From a virus (taxonomy: Duplodnaviria; Caudoviricetes), in IMG/VR virus record IMGVR_UViG_3300010398_000330, positions 1 through 34,046 of that record: a DNA stretch of 34,046 nucleotides. The stretch is one strand, 5' to 3'. A model generated the notes under the pieces. It made no database searches, was not told the DNA's origin, and was given only the letters and a program-made list of their open reading frames with translations. Position 1 is the first letter of the stretch; every line of letters starts with the position of its first letter. The translations under genes were made by a program, and so were the position numbers. Shown here piece by piece: positions 15,899 to 23,995 of the stretch.

Positions 15899-16417
15899 AT
15901 GAGGGGAACGTTCAAGGAGCGCTTCTTCGCTCACTGCCGCGAGCTTCGCGACCATTTGATCTGGACTGGCGGCCGGCAATTTCGCCTCGGGGGCAAGAGC
16001 TCGCGCCGGGTGGCGCCGGCTCATGCGGCTTATCTCTTGCGCGAAGCGATCGAGACCATTCCCGACGGCATGATCATCCTACGCGTTTGCGCGCAAGTGG
16101 GATGTGTCCGGCATGTCGACATGTTCGATCCGTCCACTGCCGGTCGGATGAATTCGCCGGGCAAGCTCAGCGACGAGGAAGTGGCTTGGATTCGCGAGCT
16201 CCCCGATTTACGAAAACTATCGCCGCGCGCGCGCAGCCAAGCGCGGCGGGTCATTCTTCAAACATTGGACAATCGGGTATCGTGGCATACGGTTCAAATG
16301 ATACGGATCCCGACAAGTCCGAGGCGGCCGGCGATACGGCCGGCGTCGAGGATGCCGGTCAATATGCTTCGCGATCTGATTGAGGGGAAGGAGCTAACAT
16401 GGGTCGCAGCGAGTTAG
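15899..16417 (+). CDS. Degenerate HNH-endonuclease-like protein
   Basis: ERFF..LIWTG..AHAAYLL..IPDGMIILRVCAQVGCVRH..KLSDEEVAWIR follows the phage HNH scaffold but lacks the catalytic His and Asn. Confidence 0.6.
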   Translation: MRGTFKERFFAHCRELRDHLIWTGGRQFRLGGKSSRRVAPAHAAYLLREAIETIPDGMIILRVCAQVGCVRHVDMFDPSTAGRMNSPGKLSDEEVAWIRELPDLRKLSPRARSQARRVILQTLDNRVSWHTVQMIRIPTSPRRPAIRPASRMPVNMLRDLIEGKELTWVAAS

Positions 16418-16788
16418 TCATGCGGGTCCAATACTTCGGCGATCGATGGGACGCGCCGATGCTGGACGATGCCGTGCAGGTGGCGACGCCAGTCGGCGAG
16501 CCATGCCTTTATTGCCGCGAGCCGATCGTCGCCGGCGAGCAGGGCGCGATGGTCGTGCACATCTACGCCGCCCACGCCGCCGCTATTCGCCCGGCACATC
16601 GGGAATGTCACTTGCGGGCGGTCCTCGGCGGCATCGCGCACGTCCAAGGTCGGTGCACTTGCTGCGGCGGCCAGGTCGACCCGGATGATGGGTTGCCCTA
16701 CCGCGAATCGGCCCGGCGTGTTCTCGCGCACACGCAAAACGTTTCGCTGGAATACATCCTTAAATTGGCGAGGCAGCCGAAGCAATGA
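16399..16788 (+). CDS. Cys/His-rich putative metal-binding protein
   Basis: CLYC, HREC, H..GRCTCC; AAGGAG RBS before 16399 (16420 is an alternative start). Confidence 0.75.
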   Translation: MGRSELVMRVQYFGDRWDAPMLDDAVQVATPVGEPCLYCREPIVAGEQGAMVVHIYAAHAAAIRPAHRECHLRAVLGGIAHVQGRCTCCGGQVDPDDGLPYRESARRVLAHTQNVSLEYILKLARQPKQ

Positions 16789-17057
16789 TTTCGGAAACCC
16801 TTTATACGCGGGTCATTCCCGACGGTCGCATCATCGCCGTGATCCGGCTGACCTTTGGGCGAGCGCGTCTGACGATCGGCCGCGATATCTGGACCTATAA
16901 CGACGGCTGGTGATACGAGATTCCGAGCCTTGCCGTGCGCGAGGCCGAGAGGTGGGATCCGGTTGCCGAGGATGAACCGCGAGGATGGACCCGCCATCCG
17001 ACGAGCGGCCGGCGCCGGCCGGACGGTGATGTGGACAAAGAGTACATCGAAATGTAA
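16785..17057 (+). CDS. Candidate selenoprotein, 90 aa with in-frame TGA (codon 43) read as Sec
   Basis: MISETLYTRVIPDGRIIAVIRLTFGRARLTIGRDIWTYNDGW-U-YEIPSLAVREAERWDPVAEDEPRGWTRHPTSGRRRPDGDVDKEYIEM; ATGA overlap at the start; TAA 17055-17057 runs into the AAGGAG RBS of the next gene; SECIS-like hairpin follows the TGA. Confidence 0.7.
16919..16959 (+). other. Bacterial SECIS-like stem-loop
   Basis: Upper stem GCCUUGC (16927-33) / GCGAGGC (16939-45), loop CGUGC with GU at positions 2-3, 20 nt after the UGA; lower stem GAUUCC (16919-24) / GGGAUC (16954-59). Confidence 0.65.
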
Positions 17058-17067
17058 AGGAGAAACC

Positions 17068-17334
17068 ATGACGATCGATGATCTGAACTACGTGCTAAAG
17101 CACCGGTTGTTTTTCTCGCTGCGCTCGCCCGGCTCGACGGCCACATATGAATGGCAAGTGGTTATCGATGCGAGGCGGGAACATATTCGCTTGCGGCGTC
17201 AGGAGAATGAATTCTTGGCGAACAATGCTCGCATCATCACGGCACCGACGGCTATCGAAGCCTTGGCGCACGCCGCCAAGTTTCTGCGCGTCTACGACGC
17301 CGAGATCGATTTTAAGCGGACCGATGACAAATGA
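17068..17334 (+). CDS. Hypothetical protein (88 aa)
   Basis: AAGGAG RBS, ATG 17068, ATGA overlap downstream. Confidence 0.75.
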   Translation: MTIDDLNYVLKHRLFFSLRSPGSTATYEWQVVIDARREHIRLRRQENEFLANNARIITAPTAIEALAHAAKFLRVYDAEIDFKRTDDK

Positions 17335-17519
17335 GCATCTACTACAGCGGCTCAGCAAATATCCGTATGACAACAGCATCAATGGTCAGCTCGTCGTCGG
17401 TGATCTATATGACCACGCTGCCGCCGCCGAGACAAACCCCAGAAGAATTGCGCTGGCGCGATGCCGCCTATCGTGCCGCGTATTTTGGCCTGACCGCAAT
17501 ATCTCGAGCGTTGCGCTAG
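17331..17519 (+). CDS. Hypothetical protein (62 aa)
   Basis: ATGA overlap; fills the operon gap. Confidence 0.6.
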   Translation: MSIYYSGSANIRMTTASMVSSSSVIYMTTLPPPRQTPEELRWRDAAYRAAYFGLTAISRALR

Positions 17520-17528
17520 AGGGAAACC

Positions 17529-17777
17529 ATGACCGAGAATAGGCCACTATGGGGGGATTGCAACGAAGCCTATGAGGACGGGTATCGAGCGGGTCGCGCC
17601 GATGCGTTTGATGAGACGGCAAAGCTTCTCGACGATGAAGCGGAGCGACTACGGCAACGCGCGGAGCGCTCATACCGTACGGCCACTGTCGAGGGTGCGC
17701 TCGACGATGGCAGCCAGCTACTCGAAATGGCCGAGCGCATCCGCGCGCGGAAAGCCGATGTCATCGAACGATCGTAA
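17529..17777 (+). CDS. Hypothetical protein (82 aa)
   Basis: GAGG RBS; AYEDGYRAG motif and coiled coil. Confidence 0.7.
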   Translation: MTENRPLWGDCNEAYEDGYRAGRADAFDETAKLLDDEAERLRQRAERSYRTATVEGALDDGSQLLEMAERIRARKADVIERS

Positions 17778-17958
17778 ACGCTTCATCGACACGATGGCGC
17801 GCTGGATATGGGCCGAGATAAAGGCGAGGCGACTACTTGAAAGGCAAGGCGCGCAGGAGCTCGATCAAGCAAAGGAGAATGACCGCACACCAGAGCGGGA
17901 CCTTGCCGGCCGCCGACGCCGCCGCAAAGATGATCGCCAGAAGCGCGAGGACAAATAG
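17758..17958 (+). CDS. Basic hypothetical protein (66 aa), last gene of the rightward arm
   Basis: Overlaps the previous gene; ends 24 nt from the convergent virion operon. Confidence 0.5.
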   Translation: MSSNDRKRFIDTMARWIWAEIKARRLLERQGAQELDQAKENDRTPERDLAGRRRRRKDDRQKREDK

Positions 17959-17982
17959 CACCGTAAGAGGAATTGTCATAGG

Positions 17983-18528
17983 TCACACTATCGCCTCGTC
18001 CCAGGAAACCCAGCCTTGGATCCCGTCGCCGACCACCGCGACGACGCCGAGCGCAAGGCACAAGCCATCCCCAGGATCAATGGTGAGCGCCCGGCCGCTC
18101 GCGCCGGTCTCCAGCGTCTCGAAGGCGATATCGTAAAACGCCGTCGAGCTCACTTGCCGGGCGCCGCCTAGGCTCATGATCGGCCCATCGACGGCAATGC
18201 CAGCGACGGTCAGACCCGTGTCCAGAAACGACGCCGTCACCACGCTCGCATTGCTGACGCCCGTCGCGCCTTTATCGAGAAGGTTGTGCGGTATGGGCGT
18301 TAGCGCCGTGCCGCCGGACGGCGTCGTGGAACGGAAGCGTTTCAGCTGATAGGCGCTCTGACTGGCGGCGGCGGTGCCGTCAAACATGACATTGGCAATC
18401 AGGCGACGCATGACGATGGCTCGCCTCGCCGTCGACGGCAAGAGCATCGCCCAGGGGACAGCATTGGCGGCAGTCGCCGCCGTTTGCCGAATCGCGATCG
18501 GCAACGAATAGGCGCGGAATGGGGGCAT
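17983..18528 (-). CDS. Hypothetical protein, probably virion-associated (181 aa)
   Basis: GGAGG RBS; beta-rich; last gene of the structural operon. Confidence 0.75.
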   Translation of the reverse strand: MPPFRAYSLPIAIRQTAATAANAVPWAMLLPSTARRAIVMRRLIANVMFDGTAAASQSAYQLKRFRSTTPSGGTALTPIPHNLLDKGATGVSNASVVTASFLDTGLTVAGIAVDGPIMSLGGARQVSSTAFYDIAFETLETGASGRALTIDPGDGLCLALGVVAVVGDGIQGWVSWDEAIV

Positions 18529-18537
18529 GCTGCCCTC

Positions 18538-20730
18538 CTATTTCATGGTTAGGCGCTGGCTTCCGGTGGGCGGATCGATCTTGCCCACCGTCTGAGGAGC
18601 GGGCGATTTGATCTTCGGCGCCGGCGGCTTCGGCGGCGGCGCGGCATAGGGCGCTTGCATGGCGGCGACGAACGCCGGTTTGGTCGTCGCGTCGACGTCC
18701 GGGCCGACGAACGTCGAAAGGGTCAGTCGCATCGGATACGAAAGCTTTTGCGCGACGCCCGGGTCGGAAAGCTTATCCATCAAAGCCTGTTCGATCCGAT
18801 TGGTGGTTTCCGGGTGGAGAGCCTTCGCCGTCTCGACGGTCTCGGGCATGAGAGTCCCGGAGCGGATCTCCTTAAGCAGGCGGAGCGGATCATTGGCCGC
18901 GGCGACGTAGCGGCCGAAGCTCTGTTTCTGCGAATCCGACGGCGGGATCTCTTTGCCGTTGATGCCCATGGTCATCGTCGGCGGGATCTTCGAGTTGAGA
19001 AAACTAATCGACAGTTGCCACTGATTGGTGACCTGCTTGGCGAGTTCGGGGTTGTACGCGGCGAGGGCTTGGAGTTCCTGGGCGAGCCGGGCTTGCGTGC
19101 CTTGCGGATCGGCGGCGGCTCTCTGGATCGAGCTCGTGACCGTTTCGTAATCGCTCGGGGCTTTGCCACCCTTGGCGGTTTTGAGCAAACCATGAACACC
19201 CTCGACGCCGGCGGCGGTCGCCACGTCGGAAAGCGCCGACATGGCCGACGCCGGCGGCTTGAGTTGCGTTAGAAGATTGGCCGCATTGTCGGCGATGCTG
19301 GTCGTGCTATCGGCAAACGCCCCGAGGATCTTTTGTAAGACCGGCTTGATCGTGCTATCGGCGGCTTCGCGGCCGAGCCAAGCGCCGATACCGCCGGGCA
19401 AAACCATATGACCGGCGGCGAGCCCGATGGTTTTGGACATCCGATCGAGCATGGGGGTTTTCGCCGGCGGCTCTTTCAGGGCATCGATCCGCGTATCGAT
19501 GGCATCGAGCCGCTCGGACTTCATGCTCTGCAGCTGGCCGATCTCATCTTCGAGCGCGCCGATCTTCTCGGACATCGACGCCGCGCGGCCGGAGAGCTCG
19601 GCGGTGCGCGCCGCCTGAAAGCTTCCGTTGGGATCGGAGAGCAGATTCTTCGGGAGCTTCTCGTCGATATTTTCGACTTGGGTTTTAAGCCGCCGGAGGG
19701 TCTCGAGCGTTTTCTTCGTGTTGCCGTTGGCTAGATCTTCCGCCAACCCTTCCGGGTCGCCCGCGAGATGCTCGAGGGTGCTGGCCGGCTTGCCGGCGGC
19801 TTTCCAGGCATCGGTCCCCTCGACGAGGGTTTTGCGCAAACGGAAATAATCTTGGCGCGTGTCTTCGTGGAGATCGGCGAGCTTGTCGGCGATCTCCGTC
19901 GATCTAGTCGCTTTCGCCGATTGGAATTCATCGGCGGCGACCTTGCGCGCGGCTTCGGCTTGCGGGAGATCCATTTTCGCGAGGTCTTCGTGGCCCGGCG
20001 TGATCCCCTGCGATCCCGTCTGTAGCTCATCCGATATCGCATCGCCGGCTTTCGTCAGCGCGCGGCCGGCTTTGTTTATGGCGCCGCCGATTGCCGACCC
20101 GGCCAGAGATAGCCCTCCGCCCAAAAGCGCGCCCGTACCGGCCCCGGCGAGCACGTTTTTGCCCAAATGCGCGGCGATGGTCTCCGCGGTCATCGGGTCT
20201 TTCGAAAGGGCTACATCCGAGATCGTCTGACCGACGCCGATCGCGCCACCCTCAAGACCAGTCCGTACGGCAGCGGCGCCGGCGCGCGCCAGGATCCCGG
20301 GCCCGCTGAATGCGGCAACGCCGGCCCGTTCGGCCAGTGAGCCGACGCCGGTTAAACCGAGCCCACCGGCTGCACCGACGATCTCGCCGACCTTGGAGAC
20401 GGGATTCCGCGCGGCGCGCTCGGCGACGCCCGGATCGCGGCCGAGGTAGACATCGGAAAGCCCGAATGTGCCGCTGCGCGCGACACCTTCGAGGAAGGCG
20501 CGACCTGGCTTATCGCCGTAGGCCTGCTGCTTGGCGCGCTCGTCGACTTCCTCGCGGGTCTCCGGGCGGAATCCCTTTGCGATAAGGTTGGCGACGGCGC
20601 CAGCCGGCACGGTGCCGCGCCAGCCGCCGGGGCCGACCATATTGACTTGACCGCCACCTTGGACGAGCTCGTCTTGATCGACGGGAACAGGATCGGAAGC
20701 GGGGGCGGGAGCGGGAACGGGATCGCTCAT
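18538..20730 (-). CDS. Large internal virion / DNA ejection protein (putative)
   Basis: Gly/Ala-rich helical segments (GVARSGTFGLSD, glycine zippers); position after the tail genes; ATGA overlap. Confidence 0.7.
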   Translation of the reverse strand: MSDPVPAPAPASDPVPVDQDELVQGGGQVNMVGPGGWRGTVPAGAVANLIAKGFRPETREEVDERAKQQAYGDKPGRAFLEGVARSGTFGLSDVYLGRDPGVAERAARNPVSKVGEIVGAAGGLGLTGVGSLAERAGVAAFSGPGILARAGAAAVRTGLEGGAIGVGQTISDVALSKDPMTAETIAAHLGKNVLAGAGTGALLGGGLSLAGSAIGGAINKAGRALTKAGDAISDELQTGSQGITPGHEDLAKMDLPQAEAARKVAADEFQSAKATRSTEIADKLADLHEDTRQDYFRLRKTLVEGTDAWKAAGKPASTLEHLAGDPEGLAEDLANGNTKKTLETLRRLKTQVENIDEKLPKNLLSDPNGSFQAARTAELSGRAASMSEKIGALEDEIGQLQSMKSERLDAIDTRIDALKEPPAKTPMLDRMSKTIGLAAGHMVLPGGIGAWLGREAADSTIKPVLQKILGAFADSTTSIADNAANLLTQLKPPASAMSALSDVATAAGVEGVHGLLKTAKGGKAPSDYETVTSSIQRAAADPQGTQARLAQELQALAAYNPELAKQVTNQWQLSISFLNSKIPPTMTMGINGKEIPPSDSQKQSFGRYVAAANDPLRLLKEIRSGTLMPETVETAKALHPETTNRIEQALMDKLSDPGVAQKLSYPMRLTLSTFVGPDVDATTKPAFVAAMQAPYAAPPPKPPAPKIKSPAPQTVGKIDPPTGSQRLTMK

Positions 20731-22526
20731 CGGCCCATCCACATTGACGGGGTCATAAACGGGCTCGTGAGCGGCCCAACGCCAAGCCCACTCTCCGCCG
20801 GCGGCGGCGGAGGCAAGGCCCGTCCGGTCGACCGCGTCGGCGCGATGGCACCGGTCATGGCTTTACCCTGCGCTTTCGCCGATTCCTTGGCGGCTTCCTC
20901 CTGCGACTGGAGAAAGTCTTGCGCATCTTTTTCTTCCTTCGTTGGCTCCGGCACCCAGGTCGCATTGCGATTGATGTTGTGATGCAAGTAATTATTGGCT
21001 TCTCTCTCTTGCTCTTCGCGCAATGATTGCCATGCAATCTCATCGGAATGAATGAGACTGGTAGGATCGGCCATGATTGGATCAATGATGTCTTTGTAGA
21101 CCTCGCTTGAAAGACCCTTGACGGCCATCTGGATGCGCAGGGCTTTCACCAGATTTCCGCCGGCATTCTTGAGACGTTCCCAATTTTCGCGCGAGGCCGG
21201 CATGCTGTCATAAATTCGGCGAGCCATTTCGACTCTCTTTGTGGCATCAATGACATCTTGGTGGTGCGCGAGTTCAATATTTGCCTTTTCGACGACCGTC
21301 TTTTCTCCGTGCCGCGCCGGCATGCCATTGGGTAGCGTGGCACCGAGAACGGTAAGAGGATCCGTCGGCTCGGCGCCCGCGCCCGCACCCTTACCAGCTG
21401 CTTTGGCTTGCGCCGCGGCGAGCCGCTCCTTGGCTTGCGCCTGGATATCTTCGAGCTCGGCGGCGCGCTTCGGCTCGGCTTCCTCGTATATCCGCTTCGT
21501 GAGCTCGAATTTCCTCTGTTCCAGACCGACCCCCGCCGCCGCCGCCTGCGCATGGATATCGGCGACCCGATTCGCGTGATCCTGGTTGTAAAGCGTTTGC
21601 GCTTCCTTGGCGAGGTTGCCTTTTGCTTGCGCCTCTAGTTGCTGGGCTTTGGCCATGGCCTCCGGCGAGCCCGTCGCTGCCGCGTAGTTCTTAGCTTCAT
21701 TGATCTGCAGATTCCAAAGCGCGACGCGCGTCAGATGCCGCGCTTCGGCGTCGTCGCGACCTAGGGCGATTTGCTGCTGCAGGAGCGTATTTTTGGCGCT
21801 GAGGCCGGCGCGCCGGTTTGAAAGATCTTCGACTTGCGCGCGGATATCGTCGTCGATGGCTTTGTTCATGATCTCATATGCGGTATTGGTCGTATGCGTG
21901 CGCGCGCCCGCATAGCCGCCGACGCCAATCGCGATGGCGCCGAGGAGCTTTTGCAAAGTCGACTGATTGGCGACCAGCCGATTCGGATCGACTTTCGTGT
22001 TGGCGATCTGATCCGCTTCGGCGTAAAGGTCTTTCATATGCGCGCGGGCTTGGTCCCGGGCCTCTTGATCAATCGCTTGGTCTTTCTGGATTTGCTCGCG
22101 ATAGGCCAGATTTGCCGCGGTCGTTCCTTCGGTCTCGCGCCGGATGCCCTCCGCTTTCGCTGCGGCTTCGGCGCGGATGCCGGCCCGCTCCTCTTCGCTC
22201 GCCTGCCCCATCATCTGCAGTGTCTGGCCGAGCGACGGTATCGCCATGCCACGCGCCGCGGCGCGCGCCACCGGCCGTTGCAGCGGCATAGGCGTCGGCG
22301 TCGGCGCTGGCCGTTGCGGCAAGAGGTCGGAAATGGCCGGCGGGGGCGGCGGCGGTATATTGATCCCCGTCGGGGATTGGAGCGCACCGACGTCGATCGC
22401 CGGCGGCTGAAAACCCGGTTGCGATCCGAGATCAAACGGTGGCGTTTGCAGTTGTGGCGCGGGGCCCGCCGGCGGCACGACGCCCGGATAAAGGATGCGA
22501 AGAAGATCTTGGTTAGTCGGCGCCAT
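20727..22526 (-). CDS. Internal virion / ejection protein (putative, 599 aa)
   Basis: Pro-rich N-terminus, long coiled coils, hydrophobic LLGAIAIGVGGYAG segment; TAATG coupling. Confidence 0.7.
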   Translation of the reverse strand: MAPTNQDLLRILYPGVVPPAGPAPQLQTPPFDLGSQPGFQPPAIDVGALQSPTGINIPPPPPPAISDLLPQRPAPTPTPMPLQRPVARAAARGMAIPSLGQTLQMMGQASEEERAGIRAEAAAKAEGIRRETEGTTAANLAYREQIQKDQAIDQEARDQARAHMKDLYAEADQIANTKVDPNRLVANQSTLQKLLGAIAIGVGGYAGARTHTTNTAYEIMNKAIDDDIRAQVEDLSNRRAGLSAKNTLLQQQIALGRDDAEARHLTRVALWNLQINEAKNYAAATGSPEAMAKAQQLEAQAKGNLAKEAQTLYNQDHANRVADIHAQAAAAGVGLEQRKFELTKRIYEEAEPKRAAELEDIQAQAKERLAAAQAKAAGKGAGAGAEPTDPLTVLGATLPNGMPARHGEKTVVEKANIELAHHQDVIDATKRVEMARRIYDSMPASRENWERLKNAGGNLVKALRIQMAVKGLSSEVYKDIIDPIMADPTSLIHSDEIAWQSLREEQEREANNYLHHNINRNATWVPEPTKEEKDAQDFLQSQEEAAKESAKAQGKAMTGAIAPTRSTGRALPPPPPAESGLGVGPLTSPFMTPSMWMGR

Positions 22527-22912
22527 TAGAACAAACTCCCGAGCCAGCTGCCGAGCGTCGAGCCGATGCCGGCGCCGATGGGCCCACCGACGGCAAAGCC
22601 GATACCGGCGCCGGCGGCGCCACCGATTGCCTTACCGGCGGCACTACCGCTATTCTGCTGCTTAACCGCGCCGGTCGGAGCCGTCGGCGATGTCCCGACC
22701 GAAAGCCCTTTATCCGCGTCCTCGGGCTTCTTCTCGCCGGTATCGGCGATTGGAGCCGGTGGCGCCGGTTCAGGCGTGGGTGGCGGCGGTGCCGGTGCCG
22801 GCGTGAACGGCTGAAACGGTTGAAAGCCGAGAGCCGCGCCAAGCTGCATAGGCGGCGGCGTAAGCTGGTACGTCGACCCAAAGAGGGCCCGGCGCCATTC
22901 ATCTTCGTTCAT
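22526..22912 (-). CDS. Small ejection/pilot-type protein with C-terminal glycine zipper
   Basis: GKAIGGAAGAGIGFAVGGPIGAGIGSTLGSWLGSLF. Confidence 0.7.
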   Translation of the reverse strand: MNEDEWRRALFGSTYQLTPPPMQLGAALGFQPFQPFTPAPAPPPPTPEPAPPAPIADTGEKKPEDADKGLSVGTSPTAPTGAVKQQNSGSAAGKAIGGAAGAGIGFAVGGPIGAGIGSTLGSWLGSLF

Positions 22913-22921
22913 GGTTTTTCT

Positions 22922-23995
22922 CTAGTAGGGCGCGCCTGTATTTCCGACGCCGCCCGGCAACACATTCGAAGTCGGAGCCGATCCGCCGCCGCCGTGCGTG
23001 AGGTACCAGGTCACCGCATCGCCGGCCGCTTTCAGACCGGCATCGAGCGGGCTTCCCTTTTGTGCGGCGATTTGCATTTGCTGGATAAGGAGTTGCTGCG
23101 CCAATTGCTTATACGCGAGCTCCTGCGCCGAGCTCGCCCCTGCAAAGCCCATGTTGCCCTGCTGCATGAGTTGCGACGTGGCCAGGCCTTGCGCCATCGC
23201 CTGCTGAAAGGCCTGATCCTGTTGCGACCCAAACTGCAGATTCTGCCCTCGCGTCGTGCCGAGGAGCCCCGATAGGGCGTTTTGGGCCGCGGCGCGCTCC
23301 TGGATCCCGGCAAGCGCCGATTGCCCGGCGAGTTGGGTATTGATGGTGCCGGCGTTTTGCGCCGCGGTCAGGGCCGCCAATTGCGCCTGTCCCGGGCGCG
23401 CGCTGGCGGCCATTGCCATCTGTTGCGCGATGTTGGCGTCGGCAGCTTGGCGCAGCTGCAGTTGCGAGACGGATTCCTGACCCGTCGCGTAGCGCTGCAT
23501 CATATCGGCTAGTGCCGATTGCCGTTGGTAGAATGGGTCAGTGGTCGGATCGCGCCCGAGGACATTGCCGACGCGGCTCTGCAGCCCGCGCATGATATCC
23601 TCGCCGTACGGCAGGCCATAGAGCGACGGGTCAATCGGCGTGTATCCGGGGCCGCTCGGCGGAGCGGCGGCAGCAGCCGGAGCAGCCGGAGCCGTCGGCG
23701 CTTGTGCGGCCGGATCCGTTCCGGGTCGGTAATGTCCCTGAGCGTCGTACGCTCGCGAATCCGAGATCGGTTGCGGTTGACCGATGCCCGGTGCGGTGCG
23801 CGGATCACCGGTCGCCGACTGCCGTTGGGAAGTTTGCCATGTGGCATACTCGTCGTCGGTCATGCTTCGACCGGCGTCCGGGCGATAGGTCTTTGGGTTG
23901 TCGGAAGGATTGCTACCGACGATAGTTGTTTGCGGAGCCGTTTGCGGGGTCATCTGCGGCGAAGCGACCCGCGGGTCTGACAAGCCGTACGCCAT
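22922..23995 (-). CDS. Gln/Ala-rich internal virion (pilot-type) protein (357 aa)
   Basis: True start at ATG 23995 (TAATG overlap with the nozzle gene); Q/A/G-rich helices. Confidence 0.75.
   Translation of the reverse strand: MAYGLSDPRVASPQMTPQTAPQTTIVGSNPSDNPKTYRPDAGRSMTDDEYATWQTSQRQSATGDPRTAPGIGQPQPISDSRAYDAQGHYRPGTDPAAQAPTAPAAPAAAAAPPSGPGYTPIDPSLYGLPYGEDIMRGLQSRVGNVLGRDPTTDPFYQRQSALADMMQRYATGQESVSQLQLRQAADANIAQQMAMAASARPGQAQLAALTAAQNAGTINTQLAGQSALAGIQERAAAQNALSGLLGTTRGQNLQFGSQQDQAFQQAMAQGLATSQLMQQGNMGFAGASSAQELAYKQLAQQLLIQQMQIAAQKGSPLDAGLKAAGDAVTWYLTHGGGGSAPTSNVLPGGVGNTGAPY

Noticed and set aside
16930-17067. Long N-terminus of ORF 16930-17334
   Set aside because: No RBS; the AAGGAG-ATG at 17068 is the better start, and the region is occupied by the read-through part of the UGA gene
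17959-17982. Bidirectional intrinsic terminator at the convergence of the two arms
   Set aside because: No GC stem with a U-tract is visible in the 24-nt gap
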